64,000 nt of DNA, from NCBI GenBank assembly GCA_039621445.1, contig CP154954.1:41223572-41287571 (forward strand), written 5' to 3'. The position numbers and the translations under genes were made by a program. The notes below the pieces were generated by a model, which ran no database searches, was not told where the DNA came from, and worked only from the letters and a program-made list of their open reading frames with translations. The stretch comes from Euglena gracilis. Its lineage: Eukaryota. Positions 50,327 to 61,526 of the stretch are shown in pieces; positions within the stretch are counted from its first letter, which is position 1, and each line of letters starts with the position of its first letter.

Positions 50327-53300
50327 GCTGAATCTCTTCGCATTGACAATCAGAGCACTGGGCAGAAGTCACCTCACGGAACCAGCCAGCTGGTCCCTTC
50401 ACAAAGCTGGGTTTCAATTAAACAGTCAGATTCCCCTGCACAGCAACAGTTCCACACGAGCCACTGGTTAGTCAACAGGTCGGCCCTACAGGCCACGAGG
50501 ACCCGAAGGGTTGCCCCTGTCCGGGATGAAGCAGAGGCCACGGCGAAGACAGCCCCGCAGAACGGCCCCGAGAGGCCATCCCACAGGGTGATCGACCGTA
50601 ACTCCCACAACCCCCACGACAGGGCCTGCTGACTTGGCCTCTGGAGCCACCGTATCTTCCAAAGGTGCACGGCCAGTTTGCCGACTTCCCTTAGCTGCAT
50701 TTCGTCCGTGGACAAGCGACGTCTAGTCGAGGAGACCGGCTGCGGTGATGCAGTACGGACACAAGGGTCCTGAGGCACGAGAATCCTTCAGGCTGTTCAT
50801 TGGAACCAGTGACTGCCACTTTGCACACACTTTGACACGTTCGACTTTGTGTCGGATGTTGTAATCAGGACTGCCATCGGTGTGGAGACCACACCGCCTT
50901 GCTGAGCGAAGGGCATACACCACCATCTGTCATGCCGATCGATAGCCCGCGTGAGTCTGCATCAGGAGGAAACGAGAACTCCACAGGGGATTCACTGGTT
51001 CGATGCCTGGAGGGGCTGCCTTGGGGGTGTCGCCACCGACCCGAAGGGACCTCTAGCCCATGACAGTAGAATCTTGCTCGCACTTGCCTGTTTGCCATTC
51101 CTGCCCGATGCTCTGCTCCTCTCTCAGCTCCCCTGCAAGGGAATCCAACGACGGGGGCAGCTTGGTTGTTGCTCTCTCCAGTGGCATGCACACCACGTCG
51201 AGGCCCCACCACAGGGGTTGAGGTCAGGCAGATCGAGGCAGCTTTGGTTGTTCGGTGAACTTACCACTTGGCTCACGGTCGGTTGACCCACATTCAACGG
51301 CTGTTTGGTGTGGAAACCTGCTCCACTCCAGTCCTCAACCGCACACAGCGGGGTTGTGTTGCCACTCCTCTCCAGGTGGAGTACTCGCTACTACAACCAA
51401 GATCTGCTCTGGGCAACGCCTCAAGCCGGGATCAATCCCAACACGATCAGCTGTTGTCCATGCCCTTTCTACACAACGATGCTCTGCCTTGGCTGCCACA
51501 TCGATGGCAGACTGTAAGGGAGACACACTGACTTGGGCACCATCCATTTTCGGAGCTGCGCACTTCGGCAGGTGAGTTGTTACACATTCCTCAGCGGGTT
51601 CCAACCTTCATGGCCACCGACCTGCTATCCGTAGTAAGCAACATCCTTTGTGGGATCTGAGTATGAGCCAGCACTCGGGATCTGTAAGTCTGCTCTCGGA
51701 GCACCCCGCATCACCAGCACTGCTTACCAGTCATGGTCCACGTAGGATCCATTGTTCAACGACAGTCTTGCAACGACTCGTTCACTGGGATCGAACCACG
51801 AAGGGTCCGGGTAACAGTCGGGGGACAGCCTCGAGGCCACCGTTCTGCCATTGCCTTCCCCTCTGGAGCTGGGTTCTCTCTGCTTCACCCCAGAGGATCC
51901 GGGTCTGGCTTGGGGTGCCACCGACTCCCTTGGCCTGACCCCACGACACGTCACCAGCAACGTACAGCCAGTTGCAACTACGGGACGAACATGCTCAGAA
52001 GACGGGGAGAACTGCTGTTACACAGCCTCCTGTCGTGGCAAAGAAGCATGCCTGGGTTGTCCGCACCCATTCACAGTTCGAGGATAGGTTGAGGAGCTGG
52101 GCTCCCCAGGGTTGGCCTCTCATGCGTTGCTTTACCGGATGCAACCAGTCACATACAAGCTTTGCATCATTGGATCCCAGCTATCCTGAGGGAAACTTCG
52201 AAGGGAACCAGCTACTAGGTGGCTCGATTGGCCTTTCACCCCTATGCCGCACTCAGGCTACACAATTTGCACGTCAGAACAGCGACCGGCTTCCACCACA
52301 GTTTCCCATGGCTTCACCGTAGAACGGTATAGTTCACCACCTTTCGGGTCCCAAGGACCTTGCAAGCACTCGAAACCCTGTCCACTGGACTTCGGGTCCG
52401 GTCGTTCCATGCAGAGACTAGCCCCATCTGGAAGGATAGTTGCCTTCACCACGCCTCAGAAGAGGTTTTGGATCAGCCATCCGACTGGCAAGCTCCTTAG
52501 ACTCCTTGGTCCGTGTTTCGAGACGGGCAGAGAGCAGCACTGCAAGGAGGGGTGCCAAGCTCTGCTGCCAATTTCTCACTGGGGTCAGGCTGGGGGACGG
52601 TGCAGCCAGCAAGGGGACCACCGTCAGAACGGTGCAGCCCCCGGTGCAGCCAAGCACACCCCGAATCCAGCCCAACCACCAGCGACCGACATGTCCGAAG
52701 ACACACCGGGATCGAGGACAAGCAGCAACAACCATCGACCGGCATCGAACACCCGATGCAACAGGGCAGTGGTGTGGGAGGCCTCTGGCACACTCTGCTT
52801 GGAGACCGTTCAGCCACACAACAAGACCACCGTTGACCGGGGTCGGTCCGTCACGATTCCCACACTTGGTTGAATGTCTCACTCGCAAACTCCAGGTCCT
52901 GGCAGGCGGAGCTGCCACCACGGGGCTGCCACGATAGTCATCCCTGTCCGGAGACAGGGGCTCGGTGGCCAGCCCTGGGCTGACCCAGAGACGCTTGGTC
53001 AGATCTAGAACGATACAGCACTGCACACCACCGATCCTGTTGCGGCTTCAGGGACTTTTAACCCTCTTCGCGGAGTTCTTTGCATCCTTCGATCACTCTA
53101 CTTGTGCACTATCGGTCCCAGGTCTGTATGCCACCTTGTGACGGATACACGTCACTCTTCAAACTGCAGTCCCAAGCCACTCTACTCGGGGATACAGCCA
53201 GCCACATCCCAGTGATCCCAGCACACGGTTCAGCCATACGGGACAGTCTCCCTGTTTCGTGGGTCCATTCCAGGACTCTTCTTGGTACTGGGAAGCACCG

Positions 53301-53552
53301 AGACACAGCCAACTGCTCCATAGCCCACAGGGTTTGCTGGATTCCAACGAAAGCCGATCGAGATGCACCACAACCCAGGCACCACACAGGTGACCTAAAG
53401 TCGGGGTCCTCGAGTCAGGAAGCCCATTTTCAGGAAGAGCCGTGGGTCCTGCTCGTTCATTCGCCATTACTGCAGCAATCGAGGTTGCTTGCTGTTCCTC
53501 CACTGAGTGATATGCTTAAGTTCGGTGGGTCATTCCATGTGCGCCAGGTCAC
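48350..53552 (-). rRNA. LSU (28S-equivalent) rRNA region; in Euglena it is processed into many fragments with internal spacers
   Basis: ACCCACCGAACTTAAGCATATCA near 53530, CCCGTCTCGAAACACGGACCAAGGAG, GTAACTATGACTCTCTTAAGGTAGCC, AGGGATAACTGGCTTGTGG, sarcin-ricin loop AGTACGAGAGGAAC at ~49143-49156; 3' end approximate. Confidence 0.95.
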
Positions 53553-53890
53553 ACGACCAGTTGTAGGCAGAGGGTCACTGGGACCTTGCCTGTTGACTGC
53601 CCATCTCTGGGCCGAGGGACCGACAGTGGTTCGAGGCAGATGCATCGTTGCTTGGGAGAGCCACAAGTTTCAGCCATCGGTTACTGGGGCAGGAGCCGGA
53701 GGCCCCTGCACCTCGACCGTGCCACACCTCCGTTGCATCGGTCGATCGATCCACTCGGACAGCCAACAATCAACACACCGGCAATGGCATCGACCTGGCA
53801 GGGCCAGGCAACACCACCACCGATCATCGGAGCACCACTTGGGGAGAGGGGATCATTGCCAGCAATGGATCCACCTGCTCCCGTCCATCC

Positions 53891-54052
53891 AACACTGGCG
53901 CACAGGCAGCTCGGGGGGGAACCCCTTGCTGGCCAGTTGCGTTCGAAGCTGTTCCTTTGTCCAGATCACAAGACTCTGCGTATCACCGAACGTATCGCAA
54001 GGCTGCTGTGTCCTTCCTCAGAACCTGGGCCAAGACATCCACCACAACAGGT
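53891..54052 (-). rRNA. 5.8S rRNA (LSU1)
   Basis: ACCTGTTGTGGTGGATGTCTTGGCCC...GCGATACGTTCGGTGATACGCAGA...TTCGAACGCAAC, located upstream of the LSU 5' end. Confidence 0.88.
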
Positions 54053-54886
54053 AAGCTCTTTGCCAGACGACTCCTTCGACCGTGACTTCATCGGAGGGTT
54101 GGTCAGACCCTCTCTCACCCAGCCTCGGGTTTGACCCCTTGGCTGGGTTCGACAGCAACGTTCAACGGATTTGGTCTCTGTTTCAAGCCTTTCCACCGAT
54201 GGACTGCCATCAACAGCTGGGCCTCCGGTGAAGAGTCCACCTCCACCATCCTTGGCCACGATTCAACGGTTTGGTCTCTGTTTGCACAGCTTTGCCACCA
54301 CTTGAATGCCAATTCAACAGCTGGGCCGTCGGTGGGAGTCCATCCCCACCGATCCTTGGCCACGAAATCCGGCCCCTTGGCTGACCCCTGCCTGGTCGTT
54401 GGCCAAGGACTCCGGTGGCAGACCGACCCGTCTGCCCAGGGTTGTGCCCCCTTCCGATTTCTCGGACCTCCGGAGGTGACTCCGGAGGGGGGGGGTCCCC
54501 TATGTATTAGTCTCCGCGCAGACACCGAGCCGCCTGAGAAAAGTGTAGTACTCCGACTCTGACAAATTCCGGATCGGATTCCCTGATACAGTACTACTGT
54601 ATCAGTCTATCAGGGAAAAGCCGTTCAGCGAAGCCGATAGTATCGGCACTTCGGGTCCCAGCCACCCGGACTTCGTCAGCACTTCGGCAGCACTGCAAAT
54701 CCGAAATCCCGACACTCCACCGGGGATTCCGAAAATGCATAAGTCGAAAACGACTGCACTTTCTCAGGGGAACACGGTCAGCATCCCAAATCCCCCGTTC
54801 CCACACTGCTCCGGGATGGTTGACCCCAGCCAAGACCAGCACAACAACACCGTTCCGAGGTCGAGGAGAGCCCTCGGTGTGGCTCA
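54053..54886 (-). other. ITS1, partial (5' part missing at junction 54886/54887)
   Basis: Directly upstream of 5.8S; no SSU 3' end present; shares a palindromic module with the IGS. Confidence 0.75.
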
Positions 54887-55986
54887 TTTTGCTGCCCAGT
54901 GGCCTTTTTCCAAAACTGGAAAATGTGTTGGATATGACCCAGCTTGAAAGGTTTTGCTTGAAACTGCTGATTTATTTCTATGCAGTCGCTGATCATTCTC
55001 CATTTGGTTGTTCCCCCTTCTGGCTTTGAAATTAAAAACCATGGGATAAAGTGCTGGATTTCTGAATCCCAAACTCGGTCACTGACCCAGTTTTTTCGTA
55101 ATCCAGCAGAATTTTTCTGCCTGGTTCAGGTCCAGGTTGGTTCTGGGTTTTGGGTGATGAAATGGTTGGGGGGGTGTTGTGGACCTGTCCTGCCCCTTCC
55201 ACTGGGTATTTGTTTGTAGAAACGGCCACCCTGGCCTTGGTATTGTTGGCCACCCTGGTCTTTGTTCCATCGGCCACCATGGCCATTGCTGTTGTGGCCG
55301 CCATGGCCCAGCTTGCTGCTGTGCCCTCCATGGCCAAGCTTGAACAAGCATTGGTGTAACTGGGATATGGGCCTCCATGGCCCTTGCCGTAGTGGCATGA
55401 CAGCTGTCTTGGCTTTTGTGTCCTTCGGGTTTTTCTGACCACTGTCTGCCAAAGTCTGTGGCTGTCACTGGGTGGGTTTTTAGAAACTTTTTCTGGGGGG
55501 GATGGGACAGCCACGGATCGCCACGGTTGCACTGCGCCGTCAGGTCGTCCAGCTGTAGCGGCAGCCACTTCTTGTTGTTCAGTGATGCTCTTTTTCGTGT
55601 TGGCAATTGCATTTTTCATTGAAGTCTTGAAATTGTCAACAATTTCTGATTTTATATTCTCTACGAGCGTCAGCTTCCGGATAACTTGATTGACTTGACT
55701 CTTTCAAATTCAATTGTCAAGGCTTGAATTGAAGTTCCTTTCTTCTGGGTGTCGAAGGGCAAATTAAGAATCAGCCAACTCTGACGAAAAAAAAGGCACT
55801 AAGCGGGACCTCCTAACACAGCGCAACGAGCAATCCGAACGACACCGCCGGCGAGCAAGGCAAAGTGCGGAGCCCGAGGTATCAATCACACAACACCGCC
55901 GGCGAGCAAGGCATGGCCTCGCACGGTCTTTGTGCTTCGCCCTCGGTGTCCCTTCCTCCCTGGTCGGTATTCCTCGAGGGAGTACG
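54887..55986 (-). mobile_element. Truncated second copy of the DIRS 5' end (terminal repeat, gag-like, RT N-terminus)
   Basis: Almost identical to 37706-38805 (two substitutions seen near 55684 and 55696); cut inside RT at HWAAK by the rDNA junction. Confidence 0.9.
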
Positions 55987-58900
55987 ATTCCGGGTCCATT
56001 TCATGGGTCGGTTTTTGGAAAGCCCGAGGGGGGGGTCTCATTCATGGCGGGCCCTTTTCATGGTTTTTTGATGGAAAAGCTTTCGCCCCTCCAAAATGTC
56101 CAAAAATGCCCCACAAAATACCATTTGTTGAGAAGCTCGGCGCTTCGCGCCTGACATGTAGGATAAAAATATACTGAATTGTGCGAAAGCTGTCTCAAAA
56201 CGGCAGATTTGCTTACCAAATTTACAAAAATGTGCCATTTTCCAAAACTCTTGCAATTCGCGCTGGATGGGGGGGTCATAAATAAGGTGGTGCATGTCAT
56301 GTATTTTTTTGCTCGGACCGGCGAGGGGGTTTTGGGGGGGCGTTGATTTTTTTGGGGGGTTACCAAAACAGGTGGCGGTCCGCTGTGTAAAGAAAAATTG
56401 GCGCCTACTCCCACCCCACTGACAAACACGCTGCTCGCCCCCCCCCAATTTTTGCGCAGCAGATATAATAATAAGGTGGTTCGGGTTCCTAACCCTAATC
56501 CCCCTCTGTTTTATTCCCCGCAAAAAAAAATCCTAGACTCACTCTCATTATTGGTCTTACCCTTCTTTTTGGAAGGGGGAAAATGAAAGCTGCTAGGGAC
56601 GTTTATTTCCGGACGCAAAGAGAACCCAAAAGAGCCCAAAAGCACTTTTTCTTGGGAATGGCGTTTTGACAAAACCTGATGAAAATTGTTCATATTGGGG
56701 TTTCGGACTGATTTTTTGGGGGTCGGATTCTCACTATAAATTCCGCGGTCAATACATCCGTGGTATACAGGGTGGATTGGGGTCCCCCCAACTCACCCGT
56801 AGGCCCACCAAACAAACTGGGGACTAGAAACCCTGGTTTTTTTTATTTGCAGTTAAATTTTAAGATGATTTTCGCGTTAATGCTGAGAATTTTTGTGGAC
56901 AGTGCTTTTGGCGTCCTCATCCAAAGGGGTTTCCTTGCGCAGGGTATATCGTCAACCCGGAAGTTCCCCCACTCTCCCAAATCAGGAACTGCAGGCTTTG
57001 GGAAAGTTGGGAGGGGGTCGTTTCTGAAAATAGTGCTCGTGTGAAGATTTTTTGAGGGCACCTAGAGGCAGGCTTTTGTTTAAGGACCCCGGGGGGCACT
57101 GGCTAGCAAATCGGCTCAACGCTGGAATATAGTGGACTAGCTAGACCTAGGGGGGGTCTAGCGAGTCCACTATATCCACCGTCTTTTTCCACTATATCCA
57201 CCACAGTTTTTCCAGTTCCCTCGAACTGGAAACACTTTTTACTGTGCGCCGGAGGGGAAATGAGGTTTTTAATAGGTTGAACCTGAGTTTTTCCCAAAAA
57301 AAATTTCCAAAAAAATGGCCATTTTTGGGGGTCCCAAAAATTTCAGCGCTGGGCCCCGGGGGGGGGGGGGGGGGGGGGGGGGTTCCGCGCCAGAGGCGCC
57401 GGGCATACCTTTTCGGCAAAAAGCGCCGAATTTTTTTGGAAATTGCCTTTAACAGGCCCGATTTTGGGGTGCCCCCCCCCCCTGGACCATCCAATGGGGC
57501 ATTAGAAGACTGGACCACTGACAGCTTCCACTGACACTTGGGGTATTTTTGTGGATTTCGTGAAAACTGATTTTTGCTTTTTTTTCCTTATTGTGTCATT
57601 CTTGGGGGGACCTGTGTTGCATGACGTTTTCTTTCGTTGGAGAAAATGATTTTCCCATGTCTCTGGCCAACATAATTTCGAACACCCTGGTTGGGTGGGG
57701 GACCCCCCCCTGGGGGTCTTAAAAAGAAACCTGAACCCCACCCTTCTTGAATGCCGACAACGCCCACCATTGAGAAAAAGCCCGCCAAAATCAGGGGGAG
57801 TGATCCAATCAGGGTTTTTTTTAAGACCGGGGCCCCCACCCACCCACCCCCCTGGGGGGGGCCCCCCCGGGGGGGGGGGAGGGGGTCCCGGTGGACCCAC
57901 AAAAAATGGCCGAAAAATCGCGAAAAGTGCTAAAAAATAGAATTTTTTCGGCGCCTGCACTTTCCCCGAAAGGACAAAAAACCTGCGAAAAATGCCAAAA
58001 ATAGCACTTATTTCAAAAAAAATTCGGCGCCGAAAAGTTGGTTCTGGGGGGACTTCCCCCCCAGAACCAACCCCCCGGGGGGGGGGGGGGGGGGGGTTGG
58101 GCGGGTCCCCCCACCCTTCCCCCCCCCCAGGGGTCCACAACTTAAAAAAAGCCCCTGATTTGGACAAACAAAATTGTGCCAATGTGCAGCTGTGGCGACA
58201 AATTTGCAGCACGAAAAGCTTTTCGTTGGACAGCCCCGGTGTCCAGCTTAAACCCTCCAAAAAAACATTACAATTCTTCCACACACTTGGACACAGGGTT
58301 CAATGGCACTTGCTCTTATCAAAAGTTTAAAAGTTTGGGATAATGGTGTGTATTTCACATTGAAGATACCTGACATTTTTCATTTATTTATCATAGTTTT
58401 TATTAATCATATTTCCTTTAATTTTTGTTAATATTATTAAACAAAAAAAACTGCGTGCGGTGCGATACAGCAACAACAACGCAGCGACACGTTGTTTGGA
58501 CCTTTGGGGCATGAATTCCTTGTTGGCAACCAGGATGAATTCAAGCAACCTGGGGGGGGGGGGGGGGCCGGGGACAAAAAAAAATGCTGTTCTGCCAAAA
58601 ATGCCAAAAATGCTGTTCTGGGCTTCCTGACGGGGGGGGGGGGGGGTCGACCCCCCCATCCACCATCCACCATGGCACCGCCCAAAGGAAACTCCCTTCC
58701 AAAGGCGCTGAAAGAACCCTAACCCTAAAATTGGCGCCTCCAAAAGCACAAGCAGGGGTGGTGGGGCCCCACCCACCTCCCATGGGATTGGGGGGATTAC
58801 CACACAGCTGGTGCCTTGGGCTCCGGAATGGCCTTGGCCGAGTGCCCAAGCACTCCCCCCCAGGTCAGAAAACCACTCAACAGGCACAAACACATCACAA

Positions 58901-61302
58901 CAAAAAGTTGCCGATAAACCAAGGATCCCTGTTTTTTTTACCCCATTGATGAAAGGCCACAAAGACTGGAGAAATTTTGGGGCAAAGACTGACCAGTGGT
59001 GTTTGCTTCTTTGAGTCCATTTGGAATGTGAAATAATTCCGTGTTCACAGACCATTTTTGGGAATGATGCTGGAGCTGACAAAAGCACCAAAAAGCCCCC
59101 CCCCCCAAAGGCCCATGTGGTGTTGCGTTGTGGATGTGGATACGGATCGGCTCACTTGCGGCCTGGAGGCCAGGCGGGCTGTTGGAGTCAACCATATTGG
59201 GGGGGGGGGGGGGCAGCATCAACCCTTCCCCCATTTTGAACCCCTATGCGAAACACCCGTTTGCTTGAGCGGCCGAAGGGGCGGGGTTGACAAAAGAACT
59301 GCCCTCGGGGCGGTTTTGGGGCATTGTGGCCCCAAAAAAACCAAATCCTGTCGCATATTTTTTAGGAGGGTGACCAATGCTCCAAAAATGCCATACTCGA
59401 TGAATTTTGGCATTTTGACAAAGTTTTGGCTCAGGTTTGTTTGGGGGATTTCGATCCATGGTCGATGACCCCCTCCAGCTCGTTTTTATTCGCCAGTGCG
59501 GGGGGAGTTGTGAAGCGTCCAAATAAAAGCTTTCCTGGCAGGTTGTGAGAAGCGGGATGCTTTTTTTAAATGTGTTAGGGGGCTCAGGCCCCCCAAAACA
59601 CGATGCGGAAAATATGCAAAGGGACTGAATATGCAAAACAGACAAACAAACCAGCATGCAGGTCAGGGCATGCATGTCAGCAGGGAAACTCCCAAAAACT
59701 AAACCCACCAGACCACCTTCACCCCCTTTTAAAAAAGGCTGTCCCACAAGAACATGTTATAGTCATCATAAGCCCCAGAGAATATGCATGCAACGTGCAC
59801 ACAACGCACAACACACACGCACACCCACCCACACCTCCACCCACCCACAAACTGACACACACACACCCCCCCCCACCCCCCCCCCCCCCACACACAACTG
59901 CTATTTGCAATCCAAAAGCCCAGCCCGGCCCAGGGTGGCTGACAGCCGCCCCCGTCATGGGCCCAAGCAAAAACAAAGGCAAACGGCAGAGGGGGCAATG
60001 TTGGAAAGATTGTGGGGGTCATCCAATCGGGGGGGGATTGGGGTTGGGGGGAACTCAATCCCAACAATGATTTTTAAAATAACTCTGCTCACACACGACG
60101 CTCTGACACTGCACCCACACCGCACCTTCGCCACCCACCCCATGGCCAGGCCACCTGGGCGTTGCACAATGCCGCTGTCGCCGCCATCAAAACCAACGCA
60201 ACGGCATCCACCTCCCCGTCTGGGGGCCACCCCCGCACATGACTAACCTCTCGGCACTGCAGTGGACCGGGGCCGGGACAGGCTGGCCCGGGGCCTCACA
60301 CACACCCCTTGCCACAGCAGTGCCGAGGGCAACACGGAGCGAATGCGGCGGAACGCAACGTCCCCTGTGAGGAAGGAACGCAAAAAAATACAACTTGTGA
60401 AAGGCAAAAATGCAAAATTCCTCGGGCGCTCCCAGGGGCACCCTGGGCTCCAGCATGCACCCCATGGAACCCCCAGTTCCGGGCACTGGTGGGTGGGTGG
60501 GCCACCCCAAGGGTCTTACAAGGCCTGGGTTTAAGCTGGAGGGAGCGGTGGTTTTCTCTTGAGCAGGGGGGGGGTAGATTCCTTTAGGAGCTCCCCAGGG
60601 TTGTACGCAGGCTCATTTCTAAGACAACCCACCTTAAAAACTCAGCCCCCACCCACCCAGCCCAGTGCGGGACCCCCCCCCCCCCACTGGGAGGGTCCCA
60701 GGCTGGAGGCCTGAGCAGCCCCACGGGGGGGGGGTGCTGGGGACAGTCCCCCATAGCACCCCATCCTGACCCGGGGGGGGGGGGTCCAGCCCCAGTCTTC
60801 TGACTTAAAAAGAAGACTGGGGGTACGCTTTTCTGCTGGAGAAGACATAAAACACGTTGACCTCCTCTGAAAAATTACTTTCACTTTGCACAAGGTTTGT
60901 TTGCAATACATGTTTTGGACAATTGTTGGATGAACAAAAAATGTCTTAACCAAAAACGCCACACCAAAACAAAAGTGCACATTTACAAAATGCCACGGTT
61001 GGTTCACCCAGGTTCAATGCTGTAATTGTGAGTTTGGTCCCAAAATGTGTTGTATGCACATGTCTGTCCAAACACACTCCAAGAGAAATTCAGGGGGGAA
61101 ATGGCCAAAAAAGCCATATTTTGGGGGAAACCGGTTGACATGAGGTCTGGTTTTGTTGCTCCATCGTGAAGACTGCCAAACCCTCAAAAAATGGGTTCTG
61201 CAAATACGACCCCATTCGAAACCCAATTCAGCCTTTTGCCAGCCCTTGGGCAGGCGAGAGATCCCAAAGCAGAGGACCTTGACGAGAAAAAAAAGGAAAA
61301 AT
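54887..61302 (+). repeat. Long direct repeat, copy 2 (6416 bp; lacks 255 bp equivalent to 40750-41004)
   Basis: Near-identical to 37706-44333. Confidence 0.97.
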
Positions 61303-61526
61303 ACAACCCACTCTGAACAACCCAATCCCATCTTATTCCTTTCAAATTATGGACCAGAGTGCACTGCCAACACGTAATTCAGGATTCACATTCTGAAAGG
61401 CCACCACTCCAGAGACGGCATTGCCAAACCTTCAACACACCCGTCCTTCGGTTGCAGGTGCTGCACCTTCTTGTTGGGGAACACCTGGAAGACCTTCCCG
61501 ATTCCCACGGGCTTGGCACCCAGGGC
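59156..61526 (-). CDS. Candidate exons of an unidentified gene (61526-61441, 60364-60248, 59178-59156), possibly the 5' part of the ART gene
   Basis: GTGTGT, GTTAGT and GTGAGC donors, CAG acceptors and compatible phases (ALGAKPVGIGKVFQVFPNKKVQHLQPKDG-GRCVPPH...CSAES-PPGLQAA); no recognisable domain. Confidence 0.4.

Noticed and set aside
44334-54886. Protein-coding ORFs within the rDNA (e.g. 53080-54054, 324 aa; 49371-50087)
   Set aside because: They overlap conserved rRNA sequence and show no protein motifs; chance ORFs in GC-balanced DNA. No group I intron or homing endonuclease motif was seen.
37706-54887. rDNA inserted by the DIRS tyrosine recombinase
   Set aside because: Junctions are inside RT and in unrelated DNA, not at the DIRS terminal repeat or ATT site; proximity alone is not evidence.
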